Positions 39,054-49,617 of a stretch of 64,000 bases of DNA are shown here, piece after piece; positions within the stretch are counted from its first letter, which is position 1; every line of letters begins with the position of its first letter. The position numbers were made by a program, and so were the translations under genes. Source of the stretch: a virus; the IMG/VR virus record IMGVR_UViG_3300027967_000093, one strand, 5' to 3'. The notes under the pieces were generated by a model, which saw only the letters and a list, made by a program, of their open reading frames with translations, searched no databases and was not told where the DNA came from.

Positions 39054-42000
39054 ATGTCTACAACTTTTAGACTGAAGCGAAGTGCTGTCAAGGGTAAAGC
39101 ACCCACGACATCAAATATAGAACTAGGCGAACTGGCCATCAATACAAATGATGGTCGTCTTTTTTTTAAAACAATTGATAGTGCATCTTCCAGTTCAGTA
39201 GTAACACTTCGAGAGGTTTCTGGCGGTACGGGTATAACCGAAACCGCAGGGGAAATCTCTATCACCAATACTGGCGTATCTGCCGGAAGTGTTGGTTCAT
39301 CAACCTCAATTCCTGTATTAACAGTTAATGCACAAGGTCAAATCACTGCGATTGACAGTGCAACTGTTGCGGGTGTTAATGCATTCACCTTTGATTCTGC
39401 AAGTGCGACTCTTAATATATCCACCGCAGATGGTGGTTCTTTTAATGCACGTATTGGATTGTCTTCTTTTTCTACTTCTGATTTATCAGAGGGGACTAAC
39501 TTATATTGGACTACTGCTCGTGGCGAGAGTATGTTCGATACTAGACTTGGAACCAAAACAACAGACGACCTAACTGAAGGTTCGTCTAATCTTTATTACA
39601 AAACAACTTATTTCGATTCGGACTTAGGGGATAAAACCACCGATGACCTGACACAGGGTCAGACTAACCTCTATTATGATTCCGATAGAACTATCACTAC
39701 TGCACGTCATGCAATCAGTGCAACAGGTAGTATCGCATATAATGCAACTACTGGTATAATCTCCTATGAAGAACAACCTTATAGTGGGTTTGATTCTGAC
39801 TTTGGTCAGAAAACAACTACTCAATTAACCGAGGGAGATAACCTCTACTTCACTACCCAACGTGCACGTAATGTATTGTCGGTTCAGAATCCTAGTGGTG
39901 ATGGAAGTCTTGCATATGATAGTGCAACAGGGGTATTGGTTTATACTGGCCCAAGTGCAAGTGAGACTCGTGCACACTTCTCTGGTGGAACTGGAGTAAC
40001 AATCAGCAATGGTGAAGTTGCAATTGCACAGTCTGTCGGAACAACCGATGATGTTGTATTCGGTAAGGTAACTGTTGACTCTGCACAAATCTCTTGTTTA
40101 CACTTGGACAAACTTCCTGACGCACCTAACAGTCTGCGTGGATTATTGTATTATGATTCAGACCCTCAGAAAGGTCTGTCTTTCATTCCGACAACCAATG
40201 AGTTGGTCGAAGATGTAACTATCAACTTAGGTCAAGAAACATTAATATATGTTCATAACTTGACTGGTGCACAGATTAATAACGGTCAAGCAGTTTACAT
40301 ATCCGGTGTTGCGCATGGTGCGCACCCTCAAGTAACTCTTGCAAAGGCAGATGCCGCATCTACTGCAAGTCCTATCGGTCTTGCGACTATGGACATTCCT
40401 GATGGTGCGCATGGTTATGTAACTAAAGTTGGTTTGGTTCGTGATGTAAATACTACAGGTATGACTGCGGGTGCAACTGCATATCTATCAAAAGACTCTG
40501 CGGGTGAGTGGAGTACAACTGAAGTATCTGTTGACAGTGGTTATCCTACTCACTTGGGTACAGTACTAACTGTCGGTGCACAAGGTAGTATCTTAGTTAA
40601 CGTAGAAAAAGAACACTTCGAGTATCTACGTGTTCAAGACAAGATTATTACACACGATCTTGTAGCGCCAGATATCTACGGTTCGCATATTCACTTTGAT
40701 GGTAAATCGCCAGGATACTATGAAGAGGGTCAGGTTTACTACGATTCTGCGAACGGTGCACTTGTAGTTAAGAATGATGTCGAAGACGTTACTCTACAGG
40801 TAGGTCAAGAAGAATGGATTCGAGTTTATAACAACTCTGGTTCAACTATCATAAATGGTACACCTGTTTATCTGTCTGGTGAAGTGGGTTCGGTTCCTTC
40901 TATTGCTACTGCCGATGCAACAGAAGCAACTTCCGCAGTAGGTCTTGCGACACATGATATCACCAATGGTAGTATCGGTTACGTCACTACTCGTGGTCTT
41001 GTTGCTGATATTGATACACAGAACTTGACTGTTGGTGAAAAAGTACACGTTGCGGTAGGTGGCGGGTTAACTACAACTGCACCACAATATCCTTACTATC
41101 CAACCGATATGGGCATCTGTCTGATTCAAGATAGTGCACTGGGTTGTGTATACGTTGATGTTATTGACCACACGATGGAAACTATTCGTGTAACTCAAGA
41201 CGCACGATTCGATGCAAACGTGACCGTTGGTGGTAACTTAAACATTCTTGGTGTCACAACCGAAGTTCTTTCGCAGTCTCTTACAACTAGTGGTAACTTA
41301 CTTCAGTTACTTGATGGTGATACTGTTGGTACTGCATATCAGAGCAGTGGTGGCCTAAACGATGCGACTTTCAAGGGTAAGTATCTGGGTGACAGTGATG
41401 TATTCTACTTTGTCCGTATGGTCTCTGTTGATTCTGCGGGTGTTGGTGACACAATCGAGTGGGGTATTTCCGACTCTGATGCGATGTCTTATGGTTCACT
41501 TGCAGGACTATATGGATATGGTACAGGATTTGATTCTGCGAATGGTCAAACAACTTGGAATCTGAAGACTGACGGTCTAACTGCACCTTTACGTAATGGT
41601 CTATCAATTCAGTTTATTAACTTGTCTGGTCACGATAGTGCAGACCTTTGGTGTGCACACCCAACAGAACTTAATCTTGACTTGGGTCTTATTGGTAACT
41701 ACAACCAACAAAACGAACCCCTAAAGTATGCGGGTGTTGTGCGTGACGCAACAGATGAACGTTGGAAATTCTTTGACGCATATCCTGCCGCAAACGTTGA
41801 CTCCTCTAGTTCTCAGTTCGATATTAACTTTGACTCTGCATCTCTTGCTGATGTTCAGTTTGCTACTGCATATGGTAACCTGTCAGGTAATGCAACTTCT
41901 GCGACCTCTGCGGTTCAACTTGCAAACTCTAGAAACTTCTCGTTGACCGGAAACATAACTTCGGCCGCAATTGGATTCAATGGTACTGGTAATGTTAGTT

Positions 42001-42476
42001 TAACAACAAGTATTGCAAGCAATGTCATCACCAATGCGATGATTAATGCAACTGCGAATATCGCAGACACTAAACTTGCAACTATTTCGACTTCAGGTAA
42101 AGTACAGAACTCTGCAACTACTGCGACTTCTTCTAATACTGGTTCGACAATTGTTGCACGTGATATTTCTGGTAACTTTACTGCGGGTACTATTACTGCA
42201 AACTTAACTGGTGATGTTACTGGTACTGTGTCAAGTCTGTCTAACCACACATCCACAATTCGTGGGGTAATGGTTGCGGGTTCGGGTATTGCATATGACT
42301 CTGCATCTGGTGTTATTAGTACTATAGAGACGTACTCAACTCCAACCGAACTATTGACCGCAATCAAAACCGTGGACGGTGCGGGTTCTGGATTAGATGC
42401 TGACACACTAGATGGACAACAAGGTTCACATTACAGAATTAACGTGTATAACTCTTCGGGTACACTACTTAACTAA
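39054..42476 (+). CDS. Long tail fibre-like protein with an Mtd_N-like N-terminus
   Basis: LKRSAV.GK.P......GELAINT.DG.LF N-terminus, four T..L.[EQ]G..NLY repeats, a duplicated domain (DVT...GQE..I.V.N..G..I.NG..VY.SG), and C-terminal GSGLDADTLDG. Confidence 0.8.
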   Translation: MSTTFRLKRSAVKGKAPTTSNIELGELAINTNDGRLFFKTIDSASSSSVVTLREVSGGTGITETAGEISITNTGVSAGSVGSSTSIPVLTVNAQGQITAIDSATVAGVNAFTFDSASATLNISTADGGSFNARIGLSSFSTSDLSEGTNLYWTTARGESMFDTRLGTKTTDDLTEGSSNLYYKTTYFDSDLGDKTTDDLTQGQTNLYYDSDRTITTARHAISATGSIAYNATTGIISYEEQPYSGFDSDFGQKTTTQLTEGDNLYFTTQRARNVLSVQNPSGDGSLAYDSATGVLVYTGPSASETRAHFSGGTGVTISNGEVAIAQSVGTTDDVVFGKVTVDSAQISCLHLDKLPDAPNSLRGLLYYDSDPQKGLSFIPTTNELVEDVTINLGQETLIYVHNLTGAQINNGQAVYISGVAHGAHPQVTLAKADAASTASPIGLATMDIPDGAHGYVTKVGLVRDVNTTGMTAGATAYLSKDSAGEWSTTEVSVDSGYPTHLGTVLTVGAQGSILVNVEKEHFEYLRVQDKIITHDLVAPDIYGSHIHFDGKSPGYYEEGQVYYDSANGALVVKNDVEDVTLQVGQEEWIRVYNNSGSTIINGTPVYLSGEVGSVPSIATADATEATSAVGLATHDITNGSIGYVTTRGLVADIDTQNLTVGEKVHVAVGGGLTTTAPQYPYYPTDMGICLIQDSALGCVYVDVIDHTMETIRVTQDARFDANVTVGGNLNILGVTTEVLSQSLTTSGNLLQLLDGDTVGTAYQSSGGLNDATFKGKYLGDSDVFYFVRMVSVDSAGVGDTIEWGISDSDAMSYGSLAGLYGYGTGFDSANGQTTWNLKTDGLTAPLRNGLSIQFINLSGHDSADLWCAHPTELNLDLGLIGNYNQQNEPLKYAGVVRDATDERWKFFDAYPAANVDSSSSQFDINFDSASLADVQFATAYGNLSGNATSATSAVQLANSRNFSLTGNITSAAIGFNGTGNVSLTTSIASNVITNAMINATANIADTKLATISTSGKVQNSATTATSSNTGSTIVARDISGNFTAGTITANLTGDVTGTVSSLSNHTSTIRGVMVAGSGIAYDSASGVISTIETYSTPTELLTAIKTVDGAGSGLDADTLDGQQGSHYRINVYNSSGTLLN

Positions 42477-42486
42477 GGTATAGAAA

Positions 42487-43248
42487 ATGGCAACTCCAGA
42501 CACTAGAGACGAACTAATTGATTATTGCTTGAGAGCCTTGGGTTCTCCGGTATTGGAAATTAATGTTGCGGATGAACAAGTAGAAGACCGTGTGGACGAA
42601 GCACTACAATGGTTCCGTGAACATCATCCGGACGGTAAGAGACGGTATTATATCACCAAAGAAATCACTCAGGCAATGATTGATAATAAGTATGTCGATT
42701 TGGATACTGAGGTGATGACAGTTGTTCGAATGTTCAGAGTGGATAACGCATCTGCGTCTACCAACTTCTTTGACATAAAATATCAGATGCGATTGAATGA
42801 TATTGCAGACCTAAATAGATTCAGCGGTGACATGGGATACTATGAACAGATGCAACAACATCTGTCACTGTTGGATATGAAACTAAGTGGTGAACCACAG
42901 ATTACATTTGATAGACAGGCAGATCGTGTATACTTCTATCATGATGCAGGTGACTTCACCGTAGGTAACTATGTAATATTTGAAGTATATGGTACACGTG
43001 ACCCTGATACGGGTGCTAACTCTGATTATAATTCTCTGTGGAACCACAAGTTTCTCAAGGCATATACAACCGCATTGATTCGCCGTCAGTGGGGACAAAA
43101 CATGTCCAAGTTCGAAGGTATGCAGTTGCCAGGCGGTGTTACTATCTCGGGTAGACAAATACTCGAAGATGCGAATACTGAAATTGAACAACTTATGACC
43201 AAGTTTAGAGAAGAAGAAGACATTGGCCCAATGTTCTTCGTGGGGTAA
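42487..43248 (+). CDS. gp13: Neck protein gp13
   Basis: P..R.ELIDYCLR.LG.PVLEINV..EQVEDR.DEAL, and QWGQNMSKFEGMQLPGGVT..G. Confidence 0.92.
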   Translation: MATPDTRDELIDYCLRALGSPVLEINVADEQVEDRVDEALQWFREHHPDGKRRYYITKEITQAMIDNKYVDLDTEVMTVVRMFRVDNASASTNFFDIKYQMRLNDIADLNRFSGDMGYYEQMQQHLSLLDMKLSGEPQITFDRQADRVYFYHDAGDFTVGNYVIFEVYGTRDPDTGANSDYNSLWNHKFLKAYTTALIRRQWGQNMSKFEGMQLPGGVTISGRQILEDANTEIEQLMTKFREEEDIGPMFFVG

Positions 43249-43251
43249 AAG

Positions 43252-44994
43252 ATGGCAACAAATCCTTGGATTTCACAATCAGTACGTGCTGAACAGAATT
43301 TATATGAGGACATAGTAATAGAGTCCTTACAATTCTATGGTCAGGACGTATACTATTTACCTCGAGAAATTGTTAACAAGGATAAAATATTCCTTGATGA
43401 CGTTCCTTCGCATTTTTCTGACGCATATAAAATCGAGATGTATATCGAGAATGCAGAAGCGTTTGGAGGAGAGGGTGACCTCTTCTCTAAGTTTGGTGTG
43501 GAGTTGCGTGACCAAGCAACATTTGTATGCGCACGTAGACGATGGAAGAAACTCATCGGTGACAAACTAGATGCATATAACTTCCGTCCTCGTGAAGGCG
43601 ACTTAATCTATCTTCCTTTATCACAATCAATCTTTGAGATATATAAAGTAGAGACCGAGACTCCGTTCTATCAGTTGAGTCAACTACCTACATTCAGACT
43701 TCAATGTGAATTATTCGAATATAATGACGAAGACTTTGATACCGACATTGAAGGTATCGATGACGTTGAAGAAGAATCTGCATACCAGTACAAACTGGTT
43801 ATGGAATCTCCCGCAGCATCTACTGCAACTGCATTATCACGAATTGATGTTGATGGTGCGGTAGTTGGATTTGATGTTCAGACTACAGGTAGAGGTTATG
43901 TTACTGCACCCACATTAACTATTGGTGCAGCTTTAGGAAGTAATTCTAAGTTCGGTAATGCGTCACTTAACGTGACTCGTGGTCGAGGTTCTGAGGGTAC
44001 GTATGCGCAGACAGGTGCGCATGGTAGTATCGAAGCATGGGTATATATTAACAACCTTCCTTCATCTGGTCAAGATATTATTTTCAAAACAGGTGGTGGA
44101 GACGGTGACCTAACAAATACCTATTACTGGGGTGTTGACCCAACGGGTCAATTAGTGTATAGTAGAGGAGATAACCAAGGTGGGGGTGTAACAAATCTCA
44201 CCGGAAGTTCAATCTTATTCGAAGAAGATACTTGGCACCATATTCTTATTGCGGGTGTAGGAACTAACAACCTAGTAATCTACTTCGACTTCGTAAGAAA
44301 ACTGGACGCGACCCTCGCAGGTGTCACTTTCAACTGGGTGAGTGATGAAGGTTACTCGGTAGGTGCAACTGCTGCACGTACTGTTGATGGTATAGACTGG
44401 ACTGCAATGGACGGATTCATTGATGAGTTCCGTGTACAAGTCGGTAGTAAAGCACAGATACTCGAACCTAGATATGCGACTGTAGGTAATGATACTACTC
44501 TTACCATACAATCAATAGAGTGGGAAGATGACGTAACTTACGATGCGAAACTACTACACTTCAATGCAATAAGTGCAACTGCAACCACAACAATCACAGA
44601 TGGTGGTATACTAGAGTCAATAGCACTTACCGAATCTGGTATATACTATGATGAAGAACCAATAGTAACTATTGATGCACCTTCTGCCGGTGGTAATTAT
44701 CAACGTAATACTATCGTAAGTCAAGACCAAGGGACATTCACCATGAAAGGTGAAGTTGCGAAATGGTCTGACTCGGACAACACGTTGTACCTAGTACACG
44801 TTGGTTCGGACGATGGTGTATATCATACGTTTAATACAAGCAATGCGGTAGTCAGTGAGGATGCGTCCTATGCACCTTCTTTGGTACAGGAATTGCAGAA
44901 CATACAACTGGCTGCATAGAACGATTTCTTCGATGACTTTGAAGGGGACTTCCTTGATTTCAGCGAGAGTAATCCATTCGGAGATATATCATAA
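43252..44994 (+). CDS. gp14: Neck protein gp14 with an inserted LamG-like domain; in-frame TAG at 44917-44919 precedes the conserved C-terminus
   Basis: EQNLYED...ES...YGQDVYYLPRE and RP.EGDLIY.P motifs. After the TAG the frame continues NDFFDDFEGDFLDFSESNPFGDIS* to a TAATG overlap with gp15. Confidence 0.88.
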
Positions 44995-45776
44995 TGTTAG
45001 GAAATTGGTTTTATCATAAGAGGGTAAGAACTGCGGTATCGGTATTCGGTTCCATGTTTAATAACATCTATGTACTTCGTCAAAACTCTTCGGGAGAGAC
45101 TATCTCTCAAGTTAAGGTACCTTTGTCCTACGCCCCCAAGAAGAGTTTCATCGAAAGATTAGGTGAGATGGCTAATGGTGAGGAAGCAGAACGCAGGGTT
45201 GCAATTAAACTACCTCGTATGTCGTTCGAGATTACTTCTATGACATATGACCCAGTGAGACAACTACCCAAGATGAATTCATTCTCATCTACGGTAGGTG
45301 GTGACGCGACTAAAAAGAATCAATTCTATTCTTCTGTACCATACGATATTGGGTTTGAGGTTAATATCTACGCAAAGTCTCAGGATGATGCATTGCAGAT
45401 GGTCGAACAGATTCTACCTTACTTCAATCCTCAGTACACGATATCGGTCAAACCATTCAACACAGACCACCCAGAAATCTCCGAAGATGTACCTATTATA
45501 TTGTCAGGTGTTTCTTTCAGTGATGGTTATGAGGGTTCTATCGGAGACCGAAGAACAATTATATACACTCTGTCATTCAACATGAAGATTAACTTTTATG
45601 GCCCGATGTCCACTCGTGGTGTTATCCGTGAAGTTAATAATAACCTATATATTTTATCGGGTGATAGTGACAGGGAAGATTTCCAACTACGTTTACAAAC
45701 CACACCGACACCTGTTGGGGTTGGTGCTGACAGTGACTATGGATTCAGTACTGTATACTTGGATAGTGAATTTTAA
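44994..45776 (+). CDS. gp15: Tail sheath stabiliser / terminator gp15
   Basis: FYH...R..V..FGSMFNNI, KVPLSYAPK, LPRMSFEI and QILPYFNP motifs. Confidence 0.93.
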   Translation: MLGNWFYHKRVRTAVSVFGSMFNNIYVLRQNSSGETISQVKVPLSYAPKKSFIERLGEMANGEEAERRVAIKLPRMSFEITSMTYDPVRQLPKMNSFSSTVGGDATKKNQFYSSVPYDIGFEVNIYAKSQDDALQMVEQILPYFNPQYTISVKPFNTDHPEISEDVPIILSGVSFSDGYEGSIGDRRTIIYTLSFNMKINFYGPMSTRGVIREVNNNLYILSGDSDREDFQLRLQTTPTPVGVGADSDYGFSTVYLDSEF

Positions 45777-46120
45777 TGACAGATAAAAAGATGGATGACG
45801 ATTACGAGTTTTCTCGTGACGTTTATTATGACCTAATCGAAAAGGGTAGAGATGGTATCGAAGAGATGTTGGAACTGGCAAAACAGTCCGAACATCCTCG
45901 TGCGTTCGAAGTTCTGTCCGGTATGATTAAAAACGTATCGGATGTTTCTGACCGTCTGATGGCATTGAATAAAACAAAGAAACAAATCGAACAACTAGAC
46001 AAACCAAAAGAACTACCTAACGGTACGACCAATAATAATATATTCATTGGGTCTACAACTGAACTACAACGATTCCTACACAATGAAAAACAAGTGATTC
46101 CTCATGACGACTCAGACTAA
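45776..46120 (+). CDS. gp16: Terminase small subunit gp16
   Basis: DYEFSR..Y..LIEKG, A..SEHPRAFEV and NN.FIGST.ELQ motifs. Confidence 0.92.
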   Translation: MTDKKMDDDYEFSRDVYYDLIEKGRDGIEEMLELAKQSEHPRAFEVLSGMIKNVSDVSDRLMALNKTKKQIEQLDKPKELPNGTTNNNIFIGSTTELQRFLHNEKQVIPHDDSD

Positions 46121-47717
46121 GGAATCGTATCTTGGAAACCCCCAAGTTAAACGAGATGGGGTTGCCGAGGAATGGACAGAAGAGAAAATAAAAGAGTACC
46201 AGAAGTGTATGGGTGATGCCGCATACTTTTGTCGTACATATGTAAAGGTGGTGCATCTTGACCGTGGTCTGGTTAACTTCGATCTATATCCATATCAAGA
46301 AAAAATGTTCGACCATTTCGATGAGAATAGGTTTTCTATTGTACTCGCTTGTAGACAATCTGGCAAGTCTATTTCTTCGGTTGGTTACCTCCTTTGGTTT
46401 GCTTGTTTCCATTCTGAGAAAACTATTGCAGTCCTTGCAAACAAAGGTGCAACAGCACGAGAGATGCTCGCACGTGTTACACTCATGCTCGAGAATCTAC
46501 CATTTTTTCTCCAGCCAGGTTGTAAAGCCCTTAACAAGGGTTCTATTGAATTCTCTAATAATAGTCGTATCATCGCTGCTGCTACTTCTGGGTCTTCTAT
46601 TCGTGGTATGTCTGTCAATCTTCTATTTCTTGATGAGTTTGCGTTCGTAGATAATGCGACAGAATTCTATACTTCTACATACCCTGTAGTATCTTCTGGT
46701 AAAGACACCAAGGTAATCATCACATCTACCGCAAACGGTATCGGTAATCAGTTCGAGAAGATCTGGACAGGTGCAGTACAAGGTACCAATGAATACAAAC
46801 CATTCCGAGTGGATTGGTGGGACGTGCCTGGCCGTGACGAGAAATGGAAGAATGAAACCATTTCGAATACATCTCAGTTACAGTTCGATCAGGAATTCGG
46901 CAATACTTTTTTCGGTACGGGTGATACCTTAATCAGTGCAGAAACACTGATGTCATTACGTGCAGTTCCATACAAAAATCAGTATGAAGGTGGTAGTGTT
47001 CTAATATATAATGAACCCATCAAAGACCATGAATATATCATGACAGTTGATGTGTCGAAGGGAAGAGGACAGGATTATTCTACGTTTAACGTAATCGATA
47101 TTACCGAGAGACCATTTAAACAGGTCGCCGTGTATCGCAACAATACTATTTCTCCATTGCTCTTTCCTAATATTATATATAAGTATGCAACTCTCTACAA
47201 TGAATCATGGGTTGTTGTTGAATCGAATGACCAAGGGACTGTAGTATGTAATGGTTTATATTATGATTTAGAATATGAGAATCTCCACACTTCCAGTGCA
47301 ACCAAAGCAAACGCACTCGGTATAGAAATGACTCGTAAGGTCAAACGTCTAGGTTGTTCTGCTATCAAGGACATTATCGAGACGGGTAAACTTGACATAT
47401 ACGATGAACAGACCATACTAGAGATATCTACATTCATCGGTAAGGGACAATCATACGAAGCCTCAGATGGTAACCATGACGATCTCATGATGAATTTGGT
47501 TATGTTTGGTTACTTTGTGTCTACACAGTTCTTTGCAGATATGACAGATATAAATCTCAAACAAATGATGTTTGAAGAAAAGATGCAAGCAATTCAAGAT
47601 GATATTGTTCCGTTCGGGTATATTGATGATGGTTCGGATTACATCGAAGAACAGAATACTACCCATCACAATCAAGGATGGCACCAGATGGACACTGTAA
47701 TCGACCGCGACTGGTAA
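46104..47717 (+). CDS. gp17: Terminase large subunit gp17
   Basis: YLGNP, RQSGKS Walker A, LFLDEFAF Walker B, STANG, DVSKGRGQDYS and HDDL motifs. Confidence 0.97.
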   Translation: MTTQTKESYLGNPQVKRDGVAEEWTEEKIKEYQKCMGDAAYFCRTYVKVVHLDRGLVNFDLYPYQEKMFDHFDENRFSIVLACRQSGKSISSVGYLLWFACFHSEKTIAVLANKGATAREMLARVTLMLENLPFFLQPGCKALNKGSIEFSNNSRIIAAATSGSSIRGMSVNLLFLDEFAFVDNATEFYTSTYPVVSSGKDTKVIITSTANGIGNQFEKIWTGAVQGTNEYKPFRVDWWDVPGRDEKWKNETISNTSQLQFDQEFGNTFFGTGDTLISAETLMSLRAVPYKNQYEGGSVLIYNEPIKDHEYIMTVDVSKGRGQDYSTFNVIDITERPFKQVAVYRNNTISPLLFPNIIYKYATLYNESWVVVESNDQGTVVCNGLYYDLEYENLHTSSATKANALGIEMTRKVKRLGCSAIKDIIETGKLDIYDEQTILEISTFIGKGQSYEASDGNHDDLMMNLVMFGYFVSTQFFADMTDINLKQMMFEEKMQAIQDDIVPFGYIDDGSDYIEEQNTTHHNQGWHQMDTVIDRDW

Positions 47718-47730
47718 AGAACTGGTTTGT

Positions 47731-47738
47731 TATAAATA
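47731..47738 (+). promoter_or_regulatory. Late promoter TATAAATA upstream of gp18
   Basis: Exact consensus in the intergenic region. Confidence 0.8.
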
Positions 47739-47804
47739 AAGGTATTGAATATAACCGTATTATGATTCTCGTATTATTCGTTAACGAAAACAAAGGAAAA
47801 TGCT

Positions 47805-49613
47805 ATGGCTGTTAAACCCGCATCTCCTCGGATCAATATCAGCGAAATCGACAAAACAGGCATAGTACCTGCGGTCGGTTCATCTGGTGGTGGTTTCGTA
47901 GGTAACTTCCGTTGGGGCCCAGTACACGAAAGAACATTGATTGCAGACGAAACAGGTCTGGTATCAACTTTTGGTGCACCTGACGACACGAACTCAGTGG
48001 ATTTCCATTCCGCTGCGTACTTTCTTAAATACTCACAAACTCTACAGGTTGTTCGCGAGAACAATGGTGGACAGAACGCACACGGTGCAGTAACTAAATT
48101 TGCTGGTGATTCTGACGGTAACTCAATGTTGGTTAATAACCTTGACCATTGGGAAAACTCTGTCAGTTCTGCGGTAGGTGAAGGTGCAGCTGCAACTTCT
48201 TCTGGTACTTGGATTGCAAAATATCCAGGCGAATTGGGTAACGCATTGACAGTTTCTTTCTGTCCTGCCGGAGACTCTGCGAGTGTAGACCACTTTACTG
48301 GTTGGGCATATGCGTCTAACTTCAATGGTGCTCCAGGCACTTCTGCGTATGCAACCAGCAATGGTGCAGCTAACGATGAAGTTCACGTTGCAATCATTGA
48401 CCGTACTGGTGCTATCACTGGTACTGTTGGTTCTGTTCTCGAGAAGTTTGAATACCTCTCTGTTGCACGTGGTGCAGTAACTCCTGATAATTCACCTAAC
48501 TATATCTCTGACGTATTGAACCAAAACTCTCAATACATCTGGAATGGTTACTTCGGTGATGACTCTGCATTCGGTTCCGATTACTTGGATCTGGGTGGAA
48601 ACTGGGGAACTACTCCTGATACCGACACCGCAGTAAACTACGGTCTAGGTACTGGTCTTGTGGACGGTGTTCGCACAGTAAACCTTGGTGGTGGACAAGA
48701 GTCTGCAACTTTGGGTACTGGTGAATTCGCTGAAGGTTACGATCTGTTCGAAGACAAACTCACTACTGAGATTGACTTCCTGATTGCACCTCAACATAGT
48801 TCTGAGGCAAACGGCACTTCTGTAGTAAATGACCTTGTATCAATCGCTGAATCACGTAAAGACTGTGTTGTTATTACTTCAGTAGATAGAGCAGGTGTTG
48901 TGGGTAAGACTGATGCACAGGCACAAACCAATGCAGTTTCGTTCGCGAATACTCTTACAAAATCATCTTACTTAGTAGTAGATAACAACTTCTTCAAAGT
49001 GTTCGATAAGTACAACGATAAGTACATCAACATTCCTGCTGCGTCAAGCACTGCGGGTCTGATGGCTGCTACTGACGTTATCGCAGACCCATGGTATTCA
49101 CCTGCCGGTCAAAGACGTGGTAACTATCGTGGTATTACGGGTATCTTGACGAATCCAAACCAAACCCAACGTGATGCCCTATATAAGGCAGGTGTTAATC
49201 CTATCGCAAACATTCCAGGCACTGGTCTGATTCTGTTTGGTGATAAGACGTTGGAAAGCAGACCTTCTGCATTTGACCGTATCAACGTAAGACGTTTGTT
49301 CATTGCGATTGAGAAGTCAATTGGTGAAGCTGCTAAAAATGTAATGTTCGAATTCAATGACGAGTTTACTCGTGCAGAATTCGTAAACATTGTAGAACCT
49401 TTCCTCCGTAGAGTTAAGGGTCGTAGAGGTATAACTGACTTCCGTGTTGTATGTGATGAAACAAACAACAATCAAGAAGTTGTGGACAATAACCAATTCG
49501 TTGCAAGCATCTTTGTGAAACCTGCACGTTCTATCAACTTCGTTCAATTGAACTTTGTTGCAGTTAGAACTGGTGTAGACTTCGAAGAAGTTGTTGGCAC
49601 GGTAGGAGCATAA
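47805..49613 (+). CDS. gp18: Tail sheath protein gp18
   Basis: SP.I...EID.T, F.WGP, WYSPAG..RG, FDRINVRRLF and FEFNDEFTR motifs. Confidence 0.97.
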   Translation: MAVKPASPRINISEIDKTGIVPAVGSSGGGFVGNFRWGPVHERTLIADETGLVSTFGAPDDTNSVDFHSAAYFLKYSQTLQVVRENNGGQNAHGAVTKFAGDSDGNSMLVNNLDHWENSVSSAVGEGAAATSSGTWIAKYPGELGNALTVSFCPAGDSASVDHFTGWAYASNFNGAPGTSAYATSNGAANDEVHVAIIDRTGAITGTVGSVLEKFEYLSVARGAVTPDNSPNYISDVLNQNSQYIWNGYFGDDSAFGSDYLDLGGNWGTTPDTDTAVNYGLGTGLVDGVRTVNLGGGQESATLGTGEFAEGYDLFEDKLTTEIDFLIAPQHSSEANGTSVVNDLVSIAESRKDCVVITSVDRAGVVGKTDAQAQTNAVSFANTLTKSSYLVVDNNFFKVFDKYNDKYINIPAASSTAGLMAATDVIADPWYSPAGQRRGNYRGITGILTNPNQTQRDALYKAGVNPIANIPGTGLILFGDKTLESRPSAFDRINVRRLFIAIEKSIGEAAKNVMFEFNDEFTRAEFVNIVEPFLRRVKGRRGITDFRVVCDETNNNQEVVDNNQFVASIFVKPARSINFVQLNFVAVRTGVDFEEVVGTVGA

Positions 49614-49617
49614 TCAC

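Noticed and set aside
41915-42406. Many 60-160 aa antisense or alternative-frame ORFs in the track (this one as an example)
   Set aside because: They are shadows of long structural genes with biased codon usage, and have no motifs, RBS or promoters.
44917-44919. Genome-wide TAG->Gln recoding (genetic code 15)
   Set aside because: TAG correctly terminates the gp7-like, gp9-like, gp8, gp47 and gp46 genes, and core genes are not otherwise interrupted.
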